A DNA stretch of 60,362 bases, filler included, from Hausera hauseri (taxonomy: Eukaryota): assembly GCA_046269625.1 (NCBI GenBank). It is 12 parts of 12 records of this genome, joined end to end, with 100 filler letters (N's around TTAATTAATTAA, not from the genome) between each part and the next. Parts side by side here need not be neighbours in the genome. Positions count along the whole stretch, not along the records: positions 1 to 4,183 come from JBJURY010715437.1; positions 4,284 to 8,860 come from JBJURY010521347.1; positions 8,961 to 13,381 come from JBJURY010590556.1; 9 more parts are not named here. One strand, given 5' to 3'. Position numbers and translations under genes: made by a program. The notes below the pieces were generated by a model, which had not been told where the DNA came from, did no database searches, and saw nothing but the letters and a program-made list of their open reading frames with translations. This document shows, piece after piece, positions 1 to 10,412 of the stretch; position 1 is the first letter of the stretch, and the number at the start of each line of letters is the position of its first letter.

Positions 1-1897
1 TGCCATCAAATACCGGTGGCACCCGAAGACGTAGGAAAAACGGCTGTCACCAATCCTTTTGGCCTCTATAAATATCTATTTATGCCATTCGGTTTTGCGG
101 AATGCCTCACAAACTTTTTAGCGGTACATTGATTCAATTCTTTCAGATTTACGGTTTGCACACTCTGATATCGACGATATTCTAGTCGTTTCATATTCGG
201 CCAAACAACACGAAGAACACCTTCGCGAAATATTCCAACGTCTTAACCACCATAACCTCCAAGTCAATTTTGACAAATGCCATTTTGTCAAAAAACGCAT
301 TAACATTTTAGGCCATGTTACTTCACCAGATGGTCATTCTCCCCAATCAGACCAAGTCGAAGCTCTTAAAAACATCCATTTGCCACGTACAACCACTGAA
401 ATGCGCAGCTTCCGTGTTACACTACACTTTGTACATAAATATGTACCATATTGCTCCAAATTGACAGCACCATTCGCACACCTAAGCGGTGTCAAAAAAC
501 ATCAGTCAATCCAGTGGACACCTGAATTGGTTGACAAATTTGATAAGCTACGTGAAGGAATTAAAACCATCAATATTCTTGCTTTCCCCAAACCTGATGC
601 AGAACGCATCCTTACTACAGATGCGTCAACCACTGCAGTAGACGCTGTACTCCACCAGATTAACCAGGGAGAAAGTCAATCACTAGAATTTTTTTCTCGC
701 AAACTAGCATCCCCTGAAACCAGATATTCAACGTTCGATCGAGAACTATTGGCCATCGTTCTGGCTTTAAAGCATTTCTCCCACATACTTTTCGCTCGTC
801 GTTTCACTATACAAACCGATCACAATCCCTTACTTAACATGTGGCTATGAAACATCCTTCCACACGCCAAGAACTACAGATATCATACTTATCGACATTT
901 ATCTTCGACATAAAACATTAATGGGGTCAATAATTTAGTCTCCGATTTTTTATCTAGGTCGGTTAGTTCAAATCATTTTTCACCGATCTTTACGCAAGAT
1001 CAACTTCAACAGAACCAGCTAACTCAGGACATGCTTAATTTTTTCAAATCTTGCACAATTGTTGACGGCGTGGCTTTAGACACTTCCAAGCCAGGCTATT
1101 CTGTAATAATCCTAGCACCATCATTGCGAAGGCAAGCATTTCACGGCGTGCATTCACTACAACACCCTGGTGCTAAAGCCACTTTTCGTCTACTCCATCG
1201 ACAAGTAATTTGGTCGTCAGTGCATTCTGATGTGCAGGCAAGGGGTAAGGAGTGTGTGGCTTGCCAAAAAATACAAAAAGCTAAGCATTTAAAGCCACCA
1301 CTATTTCACTTCCCCTGCACATCGCGTTTCGAATCCGTGCATATCGATATCGTTGGTCGTCTTCCTCCAGATAACGGTCATTAATTCATCTCTAAAGATA
1401 GCAAGGAACTTACAGTACACATTGCCAACTTAAAGCCCGCTTTCTTTGTCGACGGCACCTTACCAACGGATACGTCAACCTCTTTTCTCACTCCTCCACT
1501 CACTGCCATTCCTATATATATTCCTACATCGGTTCCACCATCCCCTTCTGCCCCTAGTCCTGCTTCATTTTCTACACCTCCTATTTCTATTTCTACAACT
1601 ACCTCTGTTTCATCTTCCTCTTCCACTCTCACTCAACACAATTCCAATATCTACTCCAACCTTTTCCTCTCTTCCTTTATCAGCCACTACACCTTTCCTC
1701 TTTTTGATGCCTTTAACCATCCGTCTTCAACAATCCCTCCTCCTTCTTCGCCATCTTTTTCTCTTTATTCCGACTCATGTTCGCACGACACAACACCTAA
1801 ACCAAAATCTACCAACTTTTTCCCCAACCTCAATCTCTGCAAACAAACGCATCGCATAAAGACACAACACGTAGAGTCACATTCAGCAAGTATAGTA
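1..1897 (+). mobile_element. pol: Decayed Ty3/Gypsy (CsRn1-like) pol: RT C-half, RNase H, integrase zinc finger, internal deletion of the IN core, Ser/Pro/Thr-rich tail
   Basis: YLFMPFG and DIDDILV (RT); ILTTDAS, YSTFDRELLA, TDHNPL (RNase H, ORF 380-850); H-x3-HPG...C-x2-C and HIDIVG (IN, ORF 1031-1384). At ~1384 the sequence jumps to the IN C-terminal TVHIANLKPA. Multiple stops and frameshifts. Confidence 0.93.
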
Positions 1898-2020
1898 GGG
1901 AAAAATCAGTAGAAGGTACTCTACGTCTTATCGGCATAAAGCTCAGCTAACACAGAAACTTTTTGTTTTACGAATTTTTCTCGCTGTCCTTTTACTCTTC
2001 ATAGTTATAACTTTGCCCCT

Positions 2021-2138
2021 GGGGATGGGAGGGGGTGATATGGTGCCCACGTCGACCGCCGCCCTTTGGCCCATTAGGTTAGGCACGGCCGGGTTTCCGC
2101 TGCCGGTGCATCGGGTCCATAGGCGGGCCCAGATCTCT
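2021..2138 (+). mobile_element. Polypurine tract plus 5' portion of an LTR (GC-rich); homologous to 15229-15341 (-)
   Basis: GGGGATGGGAGGGGG followed by TGATATGGTGCCCAC...CGGGTCCATAGGCGGGCCCAGATC; aligns by eye with the reverse complement of 15229-15341. Confidence 0.6.
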
Positions 2139-2433
2139 CGCAAAGATTGTGTGGAAGAAATGATCAAGGATAACAATTTTCTCTTTTCTCTTCAGTCCCA
2201 AATAGCATCATAAATTTCTCACTGAGATGCCGAAATGAATAAGAAACGATTCAGTTTTTAAAAAAGTGCCACATCTCTGTTCTGTTCAAATTTAACAGAT
2301 CACTACCAAATCAGAGATCGCTGATACCAGGTTAAATGAAGACGAAGTTATAACACGACCTGTAACAATTAGTAATCCACGAACTATTAAAATTATCAGC
2401 GGATCAGATTTTGTCAATAAATCCGCATTTAAA

Positions 2434-3064
2434 ATGAAAATCAAATTTTGCACATCTAAAGAAATCTCTTTTTACAACAACCTGGATAATTTATGGGCAT
2501 CATTTTTAGGAACTGTTTAGAATCTAATACTGCTGTGTGAAAAATCCAAAGATGTTCTGCTCAAGCCAATTATAAACGCTGACGGTACTGATATTTCTAA
2601 CTGGTTCAATGCAAAGACAACAGATATCAAAAGATACGCAGATCCGTTTACACATTTACACTGGTACTACGCGCTAAACGGAAGGTTCATTCATGTTCCA
2701 CCGACCTTTCCATCAACCGATTGGACAAATGATTTCGGATGTCCGTGGTGGAATGATACTACCTACGTAATTAGGAAACTGTCGGTGAAGACAAGAAAAC
2801 TGAAAACTCTCAATACGCTTACTTTGGAGAGCCATGTAAGTGAGGTTTGTTCAGAAGAAAGCATCAAGGAGATAATGGAGAGGTATTTACGTTATAATTC
2901 TCATTACACGTCATGCACATGGAAATATGACTCCAACAATTTGGATATAAATAAGGAAACGGTATCAAGGATATGACGACGAATTTTACAAACTGCGAAT
3001 TGACGATGATGAATTTCTAACGACACTCCACCTATATTATAATGATGATTTAACTGCTGCCTAG
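2434..3064 (+). pseudogene. CYB5D1: Cytochrome b5 domain-containing protein 1 pseudogene, intronless
   Basis: Translation gives LWASFLG, LLKPII..GTDISNWF, GRFIHVPP..PSTDWTNDFGCPWW, LSVKTR..NTLT, RYLRYNSH..TWKY, LHLYYNDDLTAA*, matching the CYB5D1 family along its length. In-frame TAG at 2518-2520 and a frameshift near 2960. Confidence 0.9.
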
Positions 3065-4183
3065 ATGCACGTTTATAATAATTGTATGTTGAATTTTTTT
3101 GCTTGTCAGCTTCTAAAATGACGTTTGCGGCACTTCTTCAATATTCCCATATTTGAAGTTTCTTATCAAATTTGTTGTTAATATTTGTTTTATACTGTTC
3201 TGTGAACGAAATACAGTATCAATGATATTATGAAAACTCAAAATTTGTTTGAATTTTTTGGGTGAGGTAATTTGAACAAGTTCCCGATTGATGAATATAA
3301 ATTGGAAACATCTCTTTCATAACTATAATGTCATCGATATAGTTGTTTCGTAATTCTAGTGAAAACTCTGTGAAAATGAAATTAATTTTACTGTCACACG
3401 GGGATTTGTGGCGAGTAATCAGGGCATTTAAGTATTTTGAACTTTGGTAAAATTTTCGTTCATTTTTTCGACCTAAATTTCTTTTAATATTCGATTTTCA
3501 GTGCTTTCTTCATGTTCTGCTGAAATAAAAAAAACCGTCTAATAGTCAGCCTATAGTCTGTGGTCACTTACGTGCTTATGAGAAACCCGACTGTTAATTA
3601 AACCAATACGAACACATCGGTGGGGGATTTGAACAAGTGCCATACTCGGGCTATGGGCATTTAAGGAAGAGCACATTTCAAAAACAGGTTGTCGATCCAT
3701 AAGCGACAAAATGACGCATGAAAATATACTACTGATAAAAATGTAAATTTTGTCAGTAGTGTGGCAAAACGTACATTCTAACACGTTTTTTGTACCGTAA
3801 AATAAATTAAATAATACGTTAAGTTTTACTAAAGTACTTTAATTTTCCAAGTGGTTTTAAATCAAAATAGGTTTTCGATAAAGACTCATCATTTGGAGAC
3901 GATGAAGTTGTTTTAAGTAAATATATTGGGTCGGAAAAAATTCCTTCATGACAAGAACAAAAATCAAATCTTTGGTTAGGTTGAACGTATTGTTTTTGCC
4001 TCATTACGATCGGGCTTTCGTATTCATTCAAATCAAATAAAATGCAAGAACTTGATAAATATATTATCGACCTTACAGGATGCTGCACCCACTACCCTAG
4101 CATCGGGGTTGCAACAGACCATGTTCCAAATTGTTCCGAAAACAGGCGGATTTAATTTAAAACAGGATTAGCATTTGCATAAA

Positions 4184-4283
4184 NNNNNNNNNNNNNNNNN
4201 NNNNNNNNNNNNNNNNNNNNNNNNNNNTTAATTAATTAANNNNNNNNNNNNNNNNNNNNNNNNNNNNNNNNNNNNNNNNNNNN
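4184..4283. other. Artificial contig-joining spacer (44 N + TTAATTAATTAA + 44 N); same spacer at 8861-8960, 13382-13481, 18069-18168, 26054-26153, 30420-30519, 34791-34890, 39559-39658, 46417-46516, 50960-51059, 55863-55962
   Basis: Identical 100-bp cassette seen 11 times; TTAATTAATTAA gives stops in all six frames; sequence on either side is unrelated. Confidence 0.98.
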
Positions 4284-4699
4284 CTGTAGCCTTTCAGGTT
4301 CGGAATTTGTTGCATCTGTGGGTAATTGAGGCTTATCATATTGTCATTATGGACTATGTGATATTGATTGGATGGATTTGCATTGATGATGTGATTTTTA
4401 GCATTATTGTACAAAGGCTTGGATCGATTGATAGTTTGAATCTGGTGGAAAGTCGACGATGATACTGTAAAAGATAAAGTCAATGTTGTTTTATACACGG
4501 TACTTAAACACAACACAACGGTTATCATGCAAATCACTACGGTAATCGTTGTGGTTATAGTAGAGTAAATTTTACAGTGAGGGGTAACCAAGTATTGTTT
4601 GGTTATCTTTATTATCAGGGTTGCATATACAGCAATCCCTGAAACTAATTGTCAGCTGGGATTATCCGTATCTAACGGATTCGTTAGATCACGCATATT

Positions 4700-6492
4700 G
4701 ATTTGCACCTAGTTCCTACTCTTGCATCGTAACCGTATTATCTTAATTTATATTATTATTATCACTATAGATACTACTGGGACTAATGACCCAATCAATA
4801 TCGTCTCTAAACGAGAATGTTGGTATGTCGCTCGTGCGGGTTCACTCGTTATCTTATAGCTAACTGTATTTACTTTATATGATATTCCCGTTTCATTATT
4901 TTTCTTTGTAATTGCTGTACTATCTTAGTGCATGTTATTTTATTGCTGTCATCTAGCAACTGTAGGATGATCGTGTATTTTGTGTTGGGGTCCAAAGTCG
5001 CGCATGGTACTACGAGGTCGTCGGGAGTTATGACTCCTTTTGCTACTATTATATCTCGTTTTTTACAACTAAATTTAACTTTTACAAAACCGAAATCTGG
5101 TTTTATAGAAATAATTAATGCGGTAGGGGCTGCTATGATGGTTACGTTATCCCATATGGAACGTTTTTGACGGTAATTGGAAGCATAAGGTTTAATTAAA
5201 ACAGTCATCTCCCTTTTCTCAGCTGAGGAGTGCACAATTTGTGTCGCGAGCTTTTCTTGTATATCATCGTATTCTTTTTGATTTTTATATCGTATAAACA
5301 TAGTCGGTCCTTTTCGTTCTAGTGGATTCAAAAACTTACCGTTTTTCTTTCGAAACAAAGTATAACCGACATGGTTTATTTTTCCTCGGGTAACCATACA
5401 ACAAACTCGTTGTTTACCTTTAATCCTGTAGATTCTGACTTCCAGAATTACTGTTTCTAGCTTCATTGTTATTCGTCGAACACCTACTAATTGTATCATC
5501 GTTATAATCTTAATGCAGCTTCTCCCGCTTTTAAATCCCATTGGTCTTGCTATCAGCTGGTTGAGTATTATTTCGTCTAGTAGGGTTTCGTTCATTTGTT
5601 GTCTAGTAGGGATCACTATTGATCTATAGAATCTTGTTTTCTGACTTCTATAATAATATCCTTGCTTCTTAACAAGTGTAAGATACACGTAATGGACGCC
5701 TGAGCCTTGTACTATACATTGTGTTTGACTGGTCCCTGAGTGGAATAGACAATTATACTGTCGCTCATTAGGATCTCTTTTGTTATCATACCAAGGTATC
5801 ACTTGTATCCCTATTATATATGCTGGGGGCATTTGTTCTGGCATACTCCAGATCATCACTTTCTGACCACTGAATATGTTATACTGTAGAGTTTTCGTTA
5901 ACAGATCTTCTTTTATAGCTATTGCATATCTTATTTTAGCCTGTTCAATTTCTTGATTAGTCATTTGTTTTAGTACTCCAGGAAATAATAAGATGATTAT
6001 TAATAGTAGACCACTTTTTATCTGACGAGTTCTGCTGGTTAAGTTTATTTTGATGGCTTTCTCACTAATACTTCGTACTAACTCTTTTTCGCCTTTTTTT
6101 AGTTTACTCTTTTTAGCCGCGGGTTTACATCTATTGATGTGGACTTTACAAGAGATGTTGTTTTTCCTTAAACAAATATTCGGTAGGTCCACTTTCTCTA
6201 CTTCATATGGTCCTTTATATGGCCTATCCAATTTGGATGCCTTAGCCTTTTTATTAGTCGGCGAATATAACATTACTTGGTCCCCTATCTTAATTTTAGG
6301 TTGTTTAGTTTTCTTATCATAATACCTTTTATATTTTAATTTATAATCTTTTTGGATATCTCCAATTGTTTTGTACGCTGACTGAAGGCGTTCTTGCATT
6401 AGCTGCTTATAATCTTCCACCTCCATTAAGTGAAAAATTGGTTTTACATTAAAATCCAAGTTAATCGGTAATTTTGCGTTCCTTAAATACAT
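4700..6492 (-). CDS. Gypsy integrase C-terminus (GPY motif) continuing in frame into an env-like putative type I membrane protein; frameshifted near the 3' end
   Basis: ORF 4870-6492: DRPYKGPYEV..KVHINRCKP, then hydrophobic LLLIIILLFPGVL, a beta-rich ectodomain, RQKR/S, and LDPNTKYTIILQL. In another frame, a TM-like ILIGSLVPVVSIVIIII followed by IRLRCKSR lies at ~4710-4800. Confidence 0.6.
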
Positions 6493-7560
6493 TAAGTAAA
6501 AAGGGGTCTCTTTGGTAGCCTCATGGACAGATGTTTAATTTACAAAAGTCATCCCATTCATCTTGTCTAGTGTTTACCACCGTTTGTAATTTATCTTTTA
6601 AGTCTTCAATATACCTCTCGACCATTCCATTATTTTCTGGATGTCCGGGTGTGGATTGTAGTTTTAATATCTTTAGCATATCATATATGGCTTGCATTAC
6701 CGTTCCGGTTAAATTTGATGCTTGATCGGTTAAAAGAATTCTTGGAGCTCCATAATTAAATACTATATTCTGTTCGAATTTTTCAGCAATTGTATCGGCT
6801 TTTATATCCGCCATTGGTACGGCAACAACCCATAGACTACAATATATCTATTCCTATTCCGTGTTAATGGTAGAAATCCTGTTTATCCATCACGGTAAAC
6901 TCGAATGGTGCCGGGGGATTGTCCCATACTTTGACAGGTGCTTTGTATTTTGATCCCGTGTTCTTCCGCGTAACACATAATTTACAACTGTCGCACCATC
7001 CCTGTACGTCTTTCGTTATCGTTGGCCAAAAATATTTTCGTTTCAATTTGTTAAGCGTTTTATTTGCTGATTGATGTCCACCAAGTAATCCATAATGGTA
7101 TTGAGTTAACAGAACTGCTCTATTCTTCTTTGAAATTACTAAAATAGATCCATTTTGGTGAATAAAGTATAGAATTCCTTCTTTTTCTTCATATGCTTCA
7201 CTGAATTGGACCAGGTGTTGATCTGCAGGTACTGTTTTGTTTTTTATGTATTCCATGATGGATTTTATTTCCATATCTTCAATTTGATTTGCCCTTATTT
7301 TATCTACGGATCCGTCCATACTCCATACTGCTGCTACAACTGCTTTCTTTGTTTCTGGTTTGTTAAGCATTCTAGATAGATAATCCGCATTTGCGTTTCG
7401 TGAACCCGGTTTATACTGGAAATTCAGTGTGTAAGGTTGTAATTTTAGAGCCCATCATAGCAATCCATTATTTGGATTCTCGTGTTGCTTTAGCCATTGA
7501 AGCGGTCTGTGGTCTGTACAGATTAAGAGAGGTTTATTTTCACTAATATATGGCGAAAAT
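6493..7560 (-). mobile_element. pol: Ty3/Gypsy pol (second family): RNase H end and integrase zinc finger/core, decayed
   Basis: TDHRPLQWL..WALKLQ..YKPG..NADYLSR; GGHQS..YFWP..WCDSCKLC; LLTDQASN, HPENNGMVER. Confidence 0.92.
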
Positions 7561-7607
7561 ACCAATAACTCTTTTTTAATAAAAGATTGATTATTCGGGG
7601 CAGTTTA

Positions 7608-8054
<447 letters not shown>

Positions 8055-8135
8055 TCAGAGGTTAAACATGGGTTGATATGGATATCTAACTGACATACAA
8101 GTCTAAGTGACGTACAAGTCCACCGAGTCACAGCT

Positions 8136-8201
8136 ATGACAACAACAGCAACTGAGGACCTCTTGCAGGTCAATCAAATAGTCAAAGAAAGATTCAAAGT
8201 G
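8136..8201 (+). CDS. TTBK: First coding exon of a tau-tubulin kinase (TTBK/Asator-like)
   Basis: MTTTATEDLLQVNQIVKERFKV then gtaagt donor; resembles the Asator/TTBK N-terminus (EDLLQ...VVKERWKV); upstream acceptor ttttaacag ending at 8050. Confidence 0.7.
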
Positions 8202-8299
8202 GTAAGTCCAGTTTCTCATGAGGTATCCCCCTTCAGTGTTAGTAATTTACTTTGTTAACATTTGGAAATTCCCATTGCAACACTCAGACCAACATCCAA

Positions 8300-8680
8300 A
8301 TATAGGTGAGCTGTATGATGTCAGTGATACTGTAGGAAGCAGAATGTTGGAGAACAACTAAAAAATAAATGTCAGAGTTGTCATCATTCCACACAAAATG
8401 CCTAAAAACATTTGTGATAAAAAAATGACAGCAGATATGTTTTAGACATATGATCCACCAATGATCCTCACCAATGATCCACATGACATTACCAGGACCG
8501 ATGTGAGCTTGACACCAAAGGAAAGCAGAAACAGAGGAAAACCAAAGACAACCTGGCATAGAACAGTAGAAGCTGAACTGAAGAGCATGCATCATATCTG
8601 GTCCACCACCCAGTGGCTTGATCCAAATCGAGAGAAGTGGGAGACTATTTGTAGCTGCACTATGTTGCGCCGCAATATGT
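8300..8680 (+). mobile_element. 3' fragment of an RTE-clade non-LTR retrotransposon
   Basis: ITRTDVSLTPKESRNRGKPKTTWHRTVEAELK..W......NREKW matches the RTE C-terminal WTPxGxRxRGRPKTTWxR..E motif. Confidence 0.75.
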
Positions 8681-8960
8681 GCTGGATACTGATTTCTTTT
8701 ACGGTATTCACCCCAAGGACACACGACTAGACAGTAGTATTATATGTACGTTTGGGGTCGCATTTCTGGATGTGCTCTAATATAGCGGATATAAGTAAAT
8801 ATTCGCGATGTGCCTGGATGTGCTGGCAGTGCTAAATGACTCAAAGAGAAAAATACGATCNNNNNNNNNNNNNNNNNNNNNNNNNNNNNNNNNNNNNNNN
8901 NNNNTTAATTAATTAANNNNNNNNNNNNNNNNNNNNNNNNNNNNNNNNNNNNNNNNNNNN

Positions 8961-9131
8961 ATAACGATATGTACTTTTAAAGACATCCATAAACCCATTA
9001 CTCTACATTTACCATTTTTTAAAACAACCAACTTATATTTGTCCAATCTCCATACACTTTGTTCAGGTTTCTATTTATTGAATTGTAAATGTTCCACGTA
9101 TATAACCACGATAATTTATTGTTGATATCAT
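8961..9131 (-). pseudogene. Divergent TATA-binding-protein-like ORF fragment inside a Polinton terminal arm, cut by the contig end
   Basis: MISTINYRG, then after a frameshift KPEQSVWRLDKYKLVVLKNGKCRVMG, resembling the TBP repeat motif P-E..R...xxIFxSGKxxxTG; TATATAA upstream. Confidence 0.45.
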
Positions 9132-9611
9132 ATTGCTTACATTTACTTTTTCTTGCGTCTTATATATATTTTTACGTGTGTGTGACGACAACTTCATAAA
9201 AATCGACTTTTAGCTGAAACATTTGTCTAAAACCACATAAAAGTTCATGTGTTCAAAGTTCACGCGTACATAGAAAATTGCTTTTCCCTTTATGTACGTT
9301 GATGGATATGCGTAAAACTTTGCGACACACATATCCATAATCAGCAACCGATGACCGATCGATTGAACCCTATTATGTTGAATTTGGACGAATTTTTTTC
9401 CCTTTCCAAAGGGTATACCTTTGGGTCGATGGTTGTGGATATACCCAGAATTTAAATAAATCCAAATAAATCCAGAATTATAAATCAAAAAGCTGCTTAA
9501 CAACACCGTTTATTTTTTTATATCAACAATTCCATTATTTTCAATCAATATATTTTTACAATTTTATTTACAAAATTTGTATATCGTCAGATTATAGAAT
9601 GAAAACTGCGA

Positions 9612-9920
9612 TCAAGAACAAGTGCAATGGAACATTGTAGAAGTGTGAAATGACGTAAATTTCAATTGGAACGAACTGCATGACATGTGTCCGCCAAATG
9701 AATAGTAAATTTTGAGCAATTGATTTTCTCTTTTGAACATCGGCCTTGTAAATCCAAAAAAGTCCTCGTAATCTGCTACATCTTTTGATAAGGAACACGA
9801 TTCGCGCTCGCGACCGCGGCACCACAATACCCTTTGACGATTTCCGACGTTTCTTATAGCACTTCCGTTCGGGAATGGGTTATTTCCATTCGCACACCGT
9901 GATCGAATAGCGCTCGTCAT
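9612..9920 (-). CDS. Small hypothetical ORF in the Polinton subterminal region
   Basis: 102-aa ATG-initiated ORF pointing inward from the terminus; TATAAAA just upstream, AATAAA downstream; no recognised family. Confidence 0.35.
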   Translation of the reverse strand: MTSAIRSRCANGNNPFPNGSAIRNVGNRQRVLWCRGRERESCSLSKDVADYEDFFGFTRPMFKRENQLLKIYYSFGGHMSCSSFQLKFTSFHTSTMFHCTCS

Positions 9921-10089
9921 GGGCTTTCGTTTTATATGCTACTCTACACTGGATTCCATCATCAGTGCATACACACACGGGCGTCTGTGACGTGATAGGT
10001 GTTCCTTTCTTCCCGATACCGTTCGGCTACTCATCGCCCAATTGTTACGGGACCGGTGTCAACTCACCGAAAACGATTTCCACTTCCTC

Positions 10090-10412
10090 ATAAACCATAT
10101 GCCGGTCCTGGCCAACTTTTTCTCCTTCATCCCGTGCTTCTGCGAGGCATCCGATCGACTTTCTTCCTTCGGCATTCGATGCGCCATTGTTGTCCCATCA
10201 TTTCTATGTGCCACACATGACCGTGCACCATTTCCTTCTAACATCCGCATTTCTTCGTGCACTTCCCCAGCTTCCGGGGTGCACCGTGCACTTTTGACGG
10301 TGTTTTTTTAATATCCGTCGCCGATTCTACCAAACCAGTACTTGTGTGCGCATCAAGCACGCTTTGTATTGGCTGCATGGGGGTGAGCCAGGACCGGCAT
10401 TTTTCTACTACT
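10090..10412 (-). mobile_element. Polinton/Maverick terminal inverted repeat (terminus at 10412)
   Basis: Minus strand starts AGTAGTAGAAAAATGCCGGTCCTGG; about 300 bp align with 25724-26053; 5'-AG termini with short tandem repeats are typical of Polintons. Confidence 0.78.

Noticed and set aside
3100-4090. Possible spliced host gene on the minus strand
   Set aside because: Short ORF pieces and plausible splice sites, but no recognisable homology and several stops.
4228-4239. TTAATTAATTAA as a biological motif, and ORFs running into N runs
   Set aside because: Assembly linker; ORF ends at 4232, 30467 and 51011 are artefacts.
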